Positions 41,676-56,329 are shown, counted from the stretch's first letter. The stretch: 64,000 bases of DNA from Eledone cirrhosa (GCA_964016885.1 OZ024747.1:53816001-53880000); one strand, 5' to 3'. A program made the numbers and translations. Notes: generated from the letters alone by a model not told the origin.

Positions 41676-42840
41676 TCAGCTTGTACCCATGGGAAGTCGG
41701 GTACTCTGTATTACTGCGTGATGCCAGAGGTCACGGTCGTGTGTCATCGCCTTGGCGAGGTGTAATTGGGTAAGGTCGGCTTTTATCACCTCATCCCAGG
41801 TCATCTTGGGTCTCCCCACTCCGCGGTTTCCATCGACTTCTAGTGCTCTGCACCTTTTTATGCAGCTGTCATCCTTCATATGCATCACATGTCCATACCA
41901 ACGCAACCGCCTCTCCTGCACACATCATTTGATTCCTCTTATGCTCAGTCTCTCTCTCAATTCATTTACGCTTTGTTGGTCACGTATATTATTATTACAC
42001 ATCTATCGGAGCATGCAGGCTTCGTTTCTCTCTAATCTACGTAAGCCTTCCACCTTCAGCGCCCAGGTCTCACTACCATGTGACATTGCTGTTCGGATAC
42101 ACGCATCATACAGTCTGCCTTTCATTTTGAGGGAGAAACCTTTTGCAGGTAGCAGTGGCAGTAGTTCGCTGAACTTCTTCCATCCCGTTCTTACCCTAGT
42201 TATTGTACTTTCTGAACACCCACCTCCGCTGCTAATTCGGTCACCTAGGTAGCAGAAGCTGTCTACTGTCTCTACAGAGCCCTCCCAGAGATTGGTGGTA
42301 CTTGTTTCCTGTGGCTGTTTGCTGCTTGCTGTCCCAGTACAGCTGCTGAATGTGAAGCCTACATTCTTAATTAAGCTTCCTGAGATCCCGCTACATCTCT
42401 TGTGTACCCATTGTTTGCATTTGGGGCAGAGAATGGAGTTCCTACCTACACCTTTCCTACATACTGAGCAAGGCCATTTCCCTAAGGGGATCTGGGTTCT
42501 GTTTTCTCGTCTACTTACAAGGATCTTAGTCTTTGTCATGTTGACTTTGAGATCCTTTCTTTCTAGTCCCTGCTTCCAAGTTTGGAATTTCTTCTCTAGT
42601 TCTACCATAGATTCAGCTATAAGTGCGAGGTCATCGGCATACAGGAGTTCCCATGGGCATCCGGTCTTAAACTCCTCCGTTATTGCCTACAGCACTATGA
42701 TGAACAGGAGAGGGCTAAGAACAGAGCCCTGGTGGACACCAACCTGTACGCTAAATTCCTCGCTATACTCATTGCTAATCCTAACTTTGCTGACTGCTCC
42801 CCTATACATGGCTTGTACAGCTTTCACAAGCCATTCATCT
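41676..42840 (-). mobile_element. 5'-truncated RTE LINE (RT C-terminal half)
   Basis: GVHQGSVLSPLLF, LLYADDL, Cys-rich CSVC..CPKC..WVHKRC insert, FCYLG, RRLRWYGHV, GRPKMTW. Confidence 0.92.
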
Positions 42841-43081
42841 GGGCAGATCTTCTGGGTAAACCCAATTGGCAAGGGACCCAGAGGTAAACCACAATGGAAA
42901 TGGTTGGATAAAATCCCTGATCTTTGTTAGTTTTATTTGAGGATCCAACTGTATCATTTAGATAGGGATACCTCTGATAGGACCAGAGGCATTACTAGGG
43001 AAAATAGCACCTATGGCAAGCAGTGAAATTGCGTCCCTGTATTTTTACCTATGGGCCTTATAAAGTATATAAATGGTTTAA

Positions 43082-43301
43082 CCCTTTAGCATTTACATTA
43101 CCCTCTGTTTACTTTTGTATTTTTGTAGCAAAGGCTTTATCTTCCATAATTATCTCACATAATATCGGCTCTATAAGATTTTGGTATTATTTATTTCAGA
43201 ACAATACCTGAACGTCAATATCAACAGTTGGTTATGACCAGTTTAAACAGAAAGAGGCGGGAGAATTCTGGCCGGATATGGCCGGTTTAAATGCTAAAGG
43301 G
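43082..43301. mobile_element. piggyBac-type MITE
   Basis: TTAA|ccctttagcattta ... taaatgctaaaggg|TTAA. Confidence 0.85.
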
Positions 43302-43914
43302 TTAATGATGCAGCCAATAAAGTGTTCTCACCCATGATAATCAGAAATATATCATACATCTGAAGGAGTTTCTTTTGTCACTCTCTGATGAGGTCTATTT
43401 GACTTTAATAGAAAGTGCTCCTAGTCCAAGTGATGACCCTTTCATGTGGTGCCCATGGCACGAGCCGCACCCTAGTTATGCCTTTGGATAGGACCCTATG
43501 TCTATGGACTCCACAATCATCCCAGGTATAGGTGAATGAAGAAAAAGAACACTAAGAATACATCATCTAATATTTTCCTCTATAGTCTTCACTTGAGGAA
43601 ATTTACCTGTTGTTTCAAGGTAATTATGCTACCAGGGTTATTGCTTTTAGCCTTTAGCCCCAGATTAATCAAACGATGATCTGCACACCTATGTATGTAG
43701 GCATTCCAGCAACAAACATCTAATCCTTTTTGGGGAGTTAGGGGCTATCTTGGACTACATTGTATAATATGTGTTTCCTTCCATATTTAAGACAATGGAG
43801 TATGATTTCAAGGAGCTTTGGCTGCGATTTCCAGCAGATAGAGTGACCACATGCAGGTTTTCATTGTTTTTGCTGTTGTACAGTTACCGTTGTCTCAGTT
43901 GTTGTTAGTGCTCC

Positions 43915-44685
43915 ACCAACACCACCACCACCACTACAACCACCATCACCACCACCATGACGATGACCACCACCACCGCCATCACCACCACCACAACTAC
44001 GACCACCATCACCACCACTACTACTACTACTACCACCACCATCAATACCACCACCACCACCATCACCACCACCACAACTACGACCACCATCACCACCACT
44101 ACTACTACTACCACCACGATCAATACCACCACCACAACCACCACTACCACTACCATCACCACCACCATAACGACGACAACCACCACCACCATCACCACAA
44201 CTACGACCATCATCACCACCACTACTACTACTACCACCACGATCAATACCACCACCACAACCACCACCATCACCACCACAACCACCACCATCACCACCAC
44301 TACTACTACTACCACCACCATCAATACCACCACTACCACCACCATCACCACCACCATAACGGCGACCACCACCACCACCATCACCACCACCACAACTACG
44401 ACCACCATCACCACCACTACTACTACTACCACCACGATCAATACCACCACCACAACCACCACCATCACCACCACAACCACCACCATCACCACCACTACTA
44501 CTACTACCACCACCATCAATACCACCACTACCACCACCATCACCACCACCATAACGGCGACCACCACCGCCACCATCACCACCACCACAACTACGACCAC
44601 CATCACCACCACTACTACTACTACCACCACGATCAATACTACCACCACAACCACCACCATCACCACCACCACCACCACTACCACT
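43915..44685. repeat. (CAC/TAC)n compound trinucleotide repeat
   Basis: Source of the poly-His/Thr/Val pseudo-ORFs. Confidence 0.92.
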
Positions 44686-44829
44686 TCTTCAATTTCATTT
44701 TATTTAATACAAAATTAAATTAAACATTTTATATATTAGTTTGTTTTTTAATTTATTTGTACTTTTGTTATATTTTTGTTGATATTTTTGTTATGTTTTG
44801 GCTTTGATGTATTCTTCCCATTGTTTGTT

Positions 44830-44862
<33 letters not shown>

Positions 44863-45419
44863 GCAGCAGCAGCAACTATTATGGTTTCTGGTTTAGGTAC
44901 AAGGCCAGCAATGTGAGGGGGGGGAGTCAATTAATGACAACTATAGCAACAATAACAACAACAGCAACAATAATGAAAGCAGCAACATTAATAACATTAA
45001 ATCAACTGCAATAATAACAACAACAATAGCAACAACAACAACATCAAAAACAACATCATTAACAACAATTATAAAAACAACAACAACATCATCATTAACA
45101 ACAACTATAAAAACAACAATAACAACAACAACAAAGCAACAACAATAACAACAACAGCAGTTAGTGGCAACTATATCAACACAACAAACATTAACAACAT
45201 CATCAACAGCAGCAGCAGCAGTGACAACAACAGCAACACCAAAATCAACATTAACAACAAGAACAACAAGAACAAGAACAACAACAACAACAACAACATT
45301 AACAACAACAGTAAAACAACAACAACAAGTATTACAACAATATCAATAGTACTAATAAAGAAGACAAAAGACAAGTGTGAAGGGTGATGGTTGGGTGTAG
45401 ATGTAATTGGTGGTGTAGA

Positions 45420-48400
45420 GGGTGGGTTGTTAATGAAAGGGTGTGGTGGTGGTTATATAGGGGACAAGTTTAGGGGCTGATGTTGTTATATAGAATGTGG
45501 TGGTGGTGGTTATATAGGGGTCAGGTTTAGGGGTTGTTGTTGTTATATAGAATGTGGTGGTGGTTATATAGGGGACAAGTTTAGGGGCTGATGTTGTTAT
45601 ATAGAATGTGGTGGTGGTTATATAGGGGTCAGGTTTAGGGGCTGTTGTTGTTGTTACATAGAATGTGGTGGTGGTTATATAGGGGTCAGGTTTAGGGGCT
45701 GTTGTTGTTATATAGAATGTGGTGGTGGTTATATAGGGGTCAGGTTTAGGGGCTGATGTTGTTATATAGAATGTGGTGGTGGTTATATAGGGAACAGGTT
45801 TAGGGGCTGTTGTTGTTGTTACATAGAATGTGGTGGTGGTTATATAGGGGTCAGGTTTAGGGGCTGTTGTTGTTATATAGAATGTGGTGGTGGTTATAGA
45901 GGGGACAAGTTTAGGGGCTGATGTTGTTATATAGAATGTGGTGGTGGTTATATAGGGGACAGGTTTAGGGGCTGATGTTGTTATATAGAATGTGGTGGTG
46001 GTTATATAGGGAACAGGTTTAGGGGCTGTTGCTGTTGTTACATAGAATGTGGTGGTGGTTATATAGGGGTCAGGTTTAGGGGCTGTTGTTGTTATATAGA
46101 ATGTGGTGGTGGTTATATAGGGGACAAGTTTAGGGGCTGATGTTGTTATATAGAATGTGGTGGTGGTTATATAGGGGACAGCTTTAGGGGCTGATGTTGT
46201 TATATAGAATGTGGTGGTGGTTATATAGGGGACAAGTTTAGGGGCTGATGTTGTTATATAGAATGTGGTGGTGGTTATATAGGGGACAGGTTTAGGGGCT
46301 GATGTTGTTATATAGAATGTGGTGGTGGTTATATAGGGGACAGGTTTAGGGGCTGATGTTGTTATATAGAATGTGGTGGTGGTTATATAGGGGACAAGTT
46401 TAGGGGCTGTTGTTGTTATATAGAATGTGGTGGTGGTTATATAGGGGACAAGTTTAGGGGCTGATGTTGTTATATAGAATGTGGTGGTGGTTATATAGGG
46501 GACAGGTTTAGGGGTTGTTGTTGTTATATAGAATGTGGTGGTGGTTATATAGGGGACAAGTTTAGGGGCTGATGTTGTTATATAGAATGTGGTGGTGGTT
46601 ATATAGGGGACAGGTTTAGGGGCTGATGTTGTTATATAGAATGTGGTGGTGGTTATATAGGGGACAGGTTTAGGGGCTGATGTTGTTATATAGAATGTGG
46701 TGGTGGTTATATAGGGGACAAGTTTAGGGGCTGATGTTGTTATATAGAATGTGGTGGTGGTTATATAGGGGACAGGTTTAGGGGCTGATGTTGTTATATA
46801 GAATGTGGTGGTGGTTATATAGGGGACAGGTTTAGGGGCTGATGTTGTTATATAGAATGTGGTGGTGGTTATATAGGGGACAAGTTTAGGGGCTGTTGTT
46901 GTTATATAGAATGTGGTGGTGGTTATATAGGGGACAAGTTTAGGGGCTGATGTTGTTATATAGAATGTGGTGGTGGTTATATAGGGGACAGGTTTAGGGG
47001 TTGTTGTTGTTATATAGAATGTGGTGGTGGTTATATAGGGGACAAGTTTAGGGGCTGATGTTGTTATATAGAATGTGGTGGTGGTTATATAGGGGACAGG
47101 TTTAGGGGCTGATGTTGTTATATAGAATGTGGTGGTGGTTATATAGGGGACAGGTTTAGGGGCTGATGTTGTTATATAGAATGTGGTGGTGGTTATATAG
47201 GGGACAAGTTTAGGGGCTGATGTTGTTATATAGAATGTGGTGGTGGTTATATAGGGGACAGGTTTAGGGGCTGATGTTGTTATATAGAATGTGGTGGTGG
47301 TTATATAGGGGACAGGTTTAGGGGTTGTTGTTGTTATATAGAATGTGGTGGTGGTTATATAGGGGACAAGTTTAGGGGCTGATGTTGTTATATAGAATGT
47401 GGTGGTGGTTATATAGGGGACAAGTTTAGGGGCTGATGTTGTTATATAGAATGTGGTGGTGGTTATATAGGGGACAGGTTTAGGGGCTGATGTTGTTATA
47501 TAGAATGTGGTGGTGGTTATATAGGGAACAGGTTTAGGGGCTGTTGTTGTTATATAGAATGTGGTGGTGGTTAAATAGGGGTTAGGTTTAGGGGTTGATG
47601 TTGTTATATAGAATGTGGTGGTGGTTAAATAGGGGTCAGGTTTAGGGGTTCATGTTGTTATATAGAATGTGGTGGTGGTTATATAGGGGTCAAGTTTAGG
47701 GGCTGATGTTGTTACAGAGAATGTGGTGGTGGTTATATAGGGGACAGATTTAGGGGCTGATGTTGTTATATAGAATGTGGTGGTGGTTATATAGGGGACA
47801 GGTTTAGGGGCTGATGTTGTTATATAGAATCTGGTGGTGGCTATATAGGAGTCAGGTTTAGGGGCTGATATTGTTACAGAGAATGTGGTGGTGGTTATAT
47901 AGGGGACAGGTTTAGGGGCTGTTGTTGTTGTTACATAGAATGTGGTGGTGGTTATATAGGGGACAGGTTTAGGGGCTGATGTTGTTATATAGAATGAGGT
48001 GGTGGTTAAATAGGGGTCAGGTTTAGGGGCTGATGTTGTTACAGAGAATGAGGTGGTGGTTATATAGGGGACAGGTTTAGGGGCTGTTGTTGTTATATAG
48101 AATGTGGTGGTGGTTATATAGGGGTCAGGTTTAGGGGTTGTTGTTATATAGAATGTGGTGGTGGTTATATAGCGAACAGGTTTAGGGATTGTTGTTGTTG
48201 TTATATAGAATGTGGTGGTGGTTATATAGGGGACAGATTTAGGGGCTGATGTTGTTGTTATAGAATGTGGTGGTGGTTATATAGCGAACAGGTTTAGGGG
48301 CTGATGTTGTTATATAGAATGTGGTGGTGGTTATATAGGGAACAGGTTTAGGGGTTGTTGTTATTATTTAGAATGTAGTGGTGGTTATATAGGGGACAGG

Positions 48401-50790
48401 TTTAGGGGCTGATGTTGTTGTTAATAGAATGTGGTGGTGGTTATATAGGGAACAGATTTAGGGGCTGATGTTGTTGTTTCATAGATAGTGGAGGATGTTG
48501 GTGGTTTTATAGGGGACAGGTTTAGGGGTTGTTGTTGTTATATAGAATGTGGTGGTGGTTATATAGGGGACAAGTTTAGGGGCTGATGTTGTTATATAGA
48601 ATGTGGTGGTGGTTATATAGGGGACAGGTTTAGGGGCTGATGTTGTTATATAGAATGTGGTGGTGGTTATATAGGGGACAGGTTTAGGGGCTGATGTTGT
48701 TATATAGAATGTGGTGGTGGTTATATAGGGGACAAGTTTAGGGGCTGATGTTGTTATATAGAATGTGGTGGTGGTTATATAGGGGACAGGTTTAGGGGCT
48801 GATGTTGTTATATAGAATGTGGTGGTGGTTATATAGGGGACAGGTTTAGGGGCTGATGTTGTTATATAGAATGTGGTGGTGGTTATATAGGGGACAAGTT
48901 TAGGGGCTGTTGTTGTTATATAGAATGTGGTGGTGGTTATATAGGGGACAAGTTTAGGGGCTGATGTTGTTATATAGAATGTGGTGGTGGTTATATAGGG
49001 GACAGGTTTAGGGGTTGTTGTTGTTATATAGAATGTGGTGGTGGTTATATAGGGGACAAGTTTAGGGGCTGATGTTGTTATATAGAATGTGGTGGTGGTT
49101 ATATAGGGGACAGGTTTAGGGGCTGATGCTGTTATATAGAATGTGGTGGTGGTTATATAGGGGACAGGTTTAGGGGCTGATGTTGTTATATAGAATGTGG
49201 TGGTGGTTATATAGGGGACAAGTTTAGGGGCTGATGTTGTTATATAGAATGTGGTGGTGGTTATATAGGGGACAGGTTTAGGGGCTGATGTTGTTATATA
49301 GAATGTGGTGGTGGTTATATAGGGGACAGGTTTAGGGGTTGTTGTTGTTATATAGAATGTGGTGGTGGTTATATAGGGGACAAGTTTAGGGGCTGATGTT
49401 GTTATATAGAATGTGGTGGTGGTTATATAGGGGACAAGTTTAGGGGCTGATGTTGTTATATAGAATGTGGTGGTGGTTATATAGGGGACAGGTTTAGGGG
49501 CTGATGTTGTTATATAGAATGTGGTGGTGGTTATATAGGGAACAGGTTTAGGGGCTGTTGTTGTTATATAGAATGTGGTGGTGGTTAAATAGGGGTTAGG
49601 TTTAGGGGTTGATGTTGTTATATAGAATGTGGTGGTGGTTAAATAGGGGTCAGGTTTAGGGGTTCATGTTGTTATATAGAATGTGGTGGTGGTTATATAG
49701 GGGTCAGGTTTAGGGGCTGATGTTGTTACAGAGAATGTGGTGGTGGTTATATAGGGGACAGATTTAGGGGCTGATGTTGTTATATAGAATGTGGTGGTGG
49801 TTATATAGGGGACAGGTTTAGGGGCTGATGTTGTTATATAGAATCTGGTGGTGGCTATATAGGAGTCAGGTTTAGGGGCTGATATTGTTACAGAGAATGT
49901 GGTGGTGGTTATATAGGGGACAGGTTTAGGGGCTGTTGTTGTTGTTACATAGAATGTGGTGGTGGTTATATAGGGGACAGGTTTAGGGGCTGATGTTGTT
50001 ATATAGAATGAGGTGGTGGTTAAATAGGGGTCAGGTTTAGGGGCTGATGTTGTTACAGAGAATGAGGTGGTGGTTATATAGGGGACAGGTTTAGGGGCTG
50101 TTGTTGTTATATAGAATGTGGTGGTGGTTATATAGGGGTCAGGTTTAGGGGTTGTTGTTATATAGAATGTGGTGGTGGTTATATAGCGAACAGGTTTAGG
50201 GATTGTTGTTGTTGTTATATAGAATGTGGTGGTGGTTATATAGGGGACAGATTTAGGGGCTGATGTTGTTGTTATAGAATGTGGTGGTGGTTATATAGCG
50301 AACAGGTTTAGGGGCTGATGTTGTTATATAGAATGTGGTGGTGGTTATATAGGGAACAGGTTTAGGGGTTGTTGTTATTATTTAGAATGTAGTGGTGGTT
50401 ATATAGGGGACAGGTTTAGGGGCTGATGTTGTTGTTAATAGAATGTGGTGGTGGTTATATAGGGAACAGATTTAGGGACTGATGTTGTTGTTTCATAGAT
50501 AGTGGAGGATGTTGGTGGTTTTATAGGGGACAGGTTTAGGGGCTAGAAAGTGGATGGTGTTTTTATAGGGGGCAGGTTTAGGGGCTGTTGTTATATAGAA
50601 TGTGGAGGGTGGTTGTATAGGGGACAGGTTTAGGGGCTGTTGTTGTTACATAGAATGAGAAGGGTGGTTATATAGGGGGCAGGTTAAGGGGCTAATGTTG
50701 TTGTTGCATGGAATGAGGATGGGGTGGTGTAAAAGAGGTGTTGGTGGTTATATATGGGACATGTTTAGGGGCTGTTGTTACATAGAATGT
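45420..50790. repeat. 54-bp G/T-rich minisatellite, about 100 copies
   Basis: Unit ttatatagaatgtggtggtggttatataggggacaggtttaggggctgatgttg. Confidence 0.98.
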
Positions 50791-51772
50791 TGATGGTCGT
50801 TGTGTAGAAGTGGTGTTGGTTTTATGGGGTATAGGTTTAAGAGCTTATGTTGCATAGTAAGTAGATGGTGGTTGTGTAGTAGAAGTGGTGGTGATTTTAT
50901 AAGGGTCAGTTGGTGGTTATATAGAGGAAATAGTGTTGGAATGGCGGTGGCTGGTGGTTATATGGTGAGAGGGGTTAGTGGTATTGGTCATATAGGGTGG
51001 ATTTACTGGTGTTTGCACTGGTAACAGTTAGTGGTTGTGTAGAAAAAGTGATTGGGGTTGTATTGAGAGAAGATGGTGATTGTTTAGGGATCTGTTACTA
51101 GTTGTATAGGGAGAAGACCCAGGCTTTGCTGCCAAACAAGACGGAGATTGCAAGTTGTTGAAGTATTGGTCACTTTCTAATAAGTTTATCATCTGAAAAG
51201 TTTGATATAATTATGGTTGGGATATCTTTGGTTAGAGGTCTTTTTGATCAGGGCTGATCTGGGGTTAAACAACAACAAAAGGGACCCTAAACTCGTAGGT
51301 AACACAGACTATTGTATAATTGTATAAATTCTCTTTCGTTTCACATCTGATATCATTCTGCAAATAGAATTTTGTGTTGACAACTTTCAGCTAAGCTCTT
51401 ACATAGATCAACACAAGGATTAGTAACTATTCCTGGAGAAGAGTTTTATCTTTCCATATCCATAAGTATCTCAGTTTTTAGCATAGATTCACCATATCTC
51501 TGAACATTGTAAGAGGTAATTATAAGGGTTGGCATGAATAAGGGAATCAGGTTGAAAAACATTGCCTTCAAACATTACATCCAATGTTACATACATTACA
51601 ATCTATGTTAGCAGGGAAAAGTAGACATAAAAATGATCATGATGATGATGATTATAATGATGATGATGAAAACAATAAAAAGTCAAAAGGTGACCAACCC
51701 ACAAGACAAACATCTAAACTTACTGAGATGAAAATCTCATGTCCTATTTCTCACATCACCCATCACTGCTCT

Positions 51773-51937
51773 CAGGGCCTCCAAGAGAAATTTTGCCATG
51801 TGGTACAAGACTCTTTGGGGCCCAAAGCAGGCAAAGATTTTTCTTAAAATGGATGTTGCATGGTTGCTGTGGGGCCTTCTTAGCTCTTGGGCCCTGGATC
51901 AAAGTACTAGCTACCCCACTCCCCATCATAGGTCCTG
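51773..51937 (-). mobile_element. hAT-type MITE, same family as 17973-18136
   Basis: Reverse-complement homology; 8-bp TSD actgctct/actgctgt. Confidence 0.8.
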
Positions 51938-53786
51938 ACTGCTGTCCACAGTATACTTTGTATTTTACCTTGGCATCTGTGATTACATAGAAGCCATTTG
52001 TCTCTCTTGGTTATCTTTCATAAAAAACGTCTAGTTACTCTGGATCAAAGCATGTCTATCTCACTCATCTAGGTGTAAGGCCTAGTGGTTAGGGTGTTGG
52101 GCTCACAGACTATGAAGTAACGAGTTCAATTCCTGGATCAGGTGGGGCATTGTTTTCTTGAGCAAGATGCTTCATTTCTCATTGCTTTTCAATTATTAAA
52201 ACACACAAGAAACCCTTTATGAGGTAAAAAGCCAGCTAAACCTGCCAAAATGTGTTTGGGAATTTTCATTTTTCATTTTTCATCTAAGTTTATATTCATC
52301 CTCATCAGCATCATCATTTAACATCCAATTTTCCACACTAGCACGGGCTAGAAGAGTTGTCTGATTGTGAGACAATTAGATTAGGTGATTGTGTCTTGCA
52401 CATATAGAACTGTGTCTGGCTTGGTTTCTATGGCTGGAAGCCCTTCCTAATGCCAACCTCAAACATTCTTAACCACTGGTTATTGTTGTTGAAGAAATAA
52501 CACAGCTCCTTAACAAAACATTCTTATGATTCAAATAAGCTATTGCCCATTGGTTAATGGAAATTTCCAATTCTTTACAAACTTACTGCCAGAGAGAGGA
52601 CAAGTCAAAAATAAACTTGAAAGTAATAAAACATACATGCAAGCATATATACGTGTACACATAGCCACACACCTACATATACATATATATATATACATAC
52701 ATACATTTTCCATGCACACAAATACACACATATACATATACACATGTATATACACAAGTCCACACACACACACGCACATATATATATATTTACATATGAA
52801 CAGACACACACACACACATATATATATATACACACACATATACATACAAATATGCATACATACATACTCACACATATATGCATATATACTCATACATACC
52901 TCTATACATGCCAGCTACATGAGATGGTGGGTGAGACAATCACTTGTTATACAATGGAAAAGATTCAACATTTGATATTTCCTCTCTGTTGATATTGTTA
53001 TGTCCACATCAAAGACATGGAACTCATGCTGATCCATGCTTTCTAGATTTAATAGCTTCTATAAAGAAAAAATACAATTCACTGCTGTAGGCAATATTGC
53101 TGCTATATAATAGACAGATGTTTTGCTAGCTTGCAGTGCTTAGCTGAAATTTTCTACAAGTCAATACATTTTTACAAGATGGCTGCTTAAGAAAAGAACG
53201 CCATACTTTAACTGCTCTGTCCCTTTTAACCCATTTTCTTTTTCAGTTTTCTGTCTTCATTTTTCCAATCTTTCCTAAATATCACCCTTTTCTCTCTCTT
53301 TTCTATTTTCTGATGAAGAACAAGCATCAGAAACATAAACATTTTTTTTTACATATATAAACCAATGGTGTTATTTAACTTTGTTGAATTTTCTCATATA
53401 GATAGATGGTTGATGTATTACACTTTTACCAGTTTCAGTCATGGAGCACTAGCTTAATTTAATCAATCATAACAAGCCCAGTATTAAATTCTCCAAGTCT
53501 ATTACTAATGATATTTGTCATAGTGCTAAATTATAAGACAAAAATATAAGTTGAAAATGACTTAAGAAATTTAAACCAAAATTTAATCCCAAAGAGAAGA
53601 AACCAAAACATTATTCCCTGAAGTTCCTTAAATTCTGAAGAAGGAAATTTTTAGGTTCCGAAATATTAGGACAAAAGAAAAAACAAAAACAACGAAAAAC
53701 AAAACTAACTTACTTTTTCGTTATCTCATCTTACGGTCCATTTTGTATTGTTTATATCTCTTTCGACATTATATATCATATAATGA

Positions 53787-54112
53787 AGGCACATGGCTCA
53801 GTGGTTAGAGCATTGGCCTTGTAATCGAAATGTTGTGACTTCAATTATCAGACCGGGTGATGTGTTGTTTCCTTGAGCAAGATACTTTATTTCACATTGT
53901 TCCAGTTTACTCAGCTGTAGAAATGAGATGATAGGGACTGGGGTCCCTATCATTCCACTGTAAAGTGGTCATGGAGGTGCCACGGCAAAAAAAGCACGCA
54001 GCACTCACTGTAAATGAGGTTGGTAGCATCCAGGAAGGGCATCCAGCTGTAGAAATCAAGCCAGAATCAGTTCCCGTCCAACCCTTGCAAGCAGGGAAAA
54101 ATGGACGTAAAA
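53787..54112 (+). mobile_element. Family B SINE
   Basis: Matches 38614-38960 along its length. Confidence 0.9.
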
Positions 54113-54556
54113 ATAATGAAAAAAAAAAATGTTGAAATACAATGCCTCAACATTTAAAACAATATATATATATTGATATACATATAACTAGAGGTTTTGT
54201 TATCAATATATTAAAATGCTGCCATACACGCATGCATATATATATGTGTGCACCAAATACATGCTGTAAATTACTGCACAAGCTCCAGTAATTCTTGCAT
54301 TTAATTTAGCTTCCACCACTTGTGAAACTCACACTGAGGAGGTACTACAATTGTTTCAGTGTAACTCTACTCACATGCATACATATATAGGCGCAAAATT
54401 TATATCTATGTATCTATCTATCTATCTATCTATCAATGCTGATAATGGTGATGGCATACGTACGCACACACACACACACACACACACACCTAACCCATGC
54501 TAGCATGGAAGATGGATGTTAAACGATGATGATGATGATGATGATGATGACGATGA

Positions 54557-54611
<55 letters not shown>

Positions 54612-54789
54612 CATATATTTATATACATATATATATATAATGTATCATCATCATCATCATCATCATCATTTAGCGTCTATCTTCCACGCTAGCATGGGTT
54701 TACATATATATATACATGTATATAATGCATATATATATATGATTATGATGATATATATATATTTAATGTATATACATATACATATATAT

Positions 54790-54830
<41 letters not shown>

Positions 54831-54861
54831 ATGTATATATATATATATATATATAATGTAT

Positions 54862-54920
<59 letters not shown>

Positions 54921-55136
54921 ATGTGTATATATATATATATATCAATGAAACCTATTCCCATTGTTAGGAATGTAACATTTGAAAATTTTTCCAACTTACT
55001 GAACCTCTGATTTTTTTCTCACTAACAGAATGAAATGTCAAAAAAGAAGTGGCCCAAGGCTCGATTTGAAACTAAAACCATAAAATCTTTAGCCAACACT
55101 GAACTTTATATCCTACACAAGCCTCCTACAAACACA

Positions 55137-55170
<34 letters not shown>

Positions 55171-55588
55171 GTGTGTGTATGTATTAATAGATGCATAAAT
55201 GCATTCATGTATACATGCATATTGAGATATCGATGTTTTGTTGTGTGAAGTATTTTTTCTTCAGGTTGAAATGTAAAGTTGAAGTAGTAAGCAAGAGGCA
55301 TGGGGTACATCAGAAAGATGGTATAGGGGAAGGGTTGATAGATGGTATGGGGGAACGGTTGAAAGATGGTATCGGGGAAGGGCTGATATATAAGGTTTCT
55401 TTGTTTTTGTTTGTTTTTAAAACTGGAAGGTCAAGAAATGAAGTAATAATTAGAAACTTAGAAACATTGTAAAAAGTTGATATTAAAAGTCAAAGGGAAG
55501 ATTTTTCAAATAAACATATATATATGTGTGTGTGAGCATGTATATATATGTGGTGTTTCTGTGTGTCTGTATATCTCTATCTCTATCC

Positions 55589-55649
<61 letters not shown>

Positions 55650-55794
55650 TGTTTGTATATTAAATAACATCAGTATAAAGTTAGAAGGAAGACTTGTTTA
55701 CAACTAAACATATGCATACTCTCATGTGTGAAACTAATAATAATAACATTTGTACTGCCTCATCGTTTTTTTTTGTTTTTTATTCTCTGTATAC

Positions 55795-55923
<129 letters not shown>

Positions 55924-56010
55924 GGAAAAATTTGAACAGGGACAAAACAGAGAGGCAGTACAACGAATGTTTATTAATTTCACGCTCTGGAGAGTGGGGT
56001 GTTGGTGGGG

Positions 56011-56044
56011 GACGACGTTTCGGGCATAAGCCCTTCCTTAGGTG
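56011..56044 (-). ncRNA. Degenerate minimal hammerhead motif
   Basis: CTAAGGA-agggcttatgccc-GAAA-cgtc; G5>A, stem I essentially lost. Confidence 0.5.
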
Positions 56045-56239
56045 AGAAGTGTGTGGGAACAGAGTTCAAAGGGTGTGTAGGGGAGTGGTGGAGAGACATA
56101 TAGCGAAAGGAAACAGTGCGAATGAAAAAATAAAAATAAAGATAAAAATAAAAATAAAGCATGATCAAAATACAAGGAATGAGATAAATTTAAAAATAAA
56201 GGCATGATCAAATATATATATATATATATATTTATGAAA

Positions 56240-56329
56240 ATAACAGATTAAAGTTTAAGCAAAGAATCGCTGCTTTCACCCTTAACGCGGTGAAAGTAGC
56301 GATTCTTTGCTTAAACTTTAATCTGTTAT
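56240..56329. repeat. Hairpin with 41-bp arms and an 8-nt loop; GAAA next to the apex
   Basis: ataacagattaaag...tttcacc / ggtgaaa...ctttaatctgttat, 1 mismatch, next to (TA)n. Confidence 0.9.

Noticed and set aside
43380-43420. CTGATGA...GAAA motif
   Set aside because: No convincing stem I or III and no pLTR context.
43851-44723. His-rich 290-aa ORF (and similar at 21036-21928)
   Set aside because: Trinucleotide repeat open in several frames; no splice or codon evidence.
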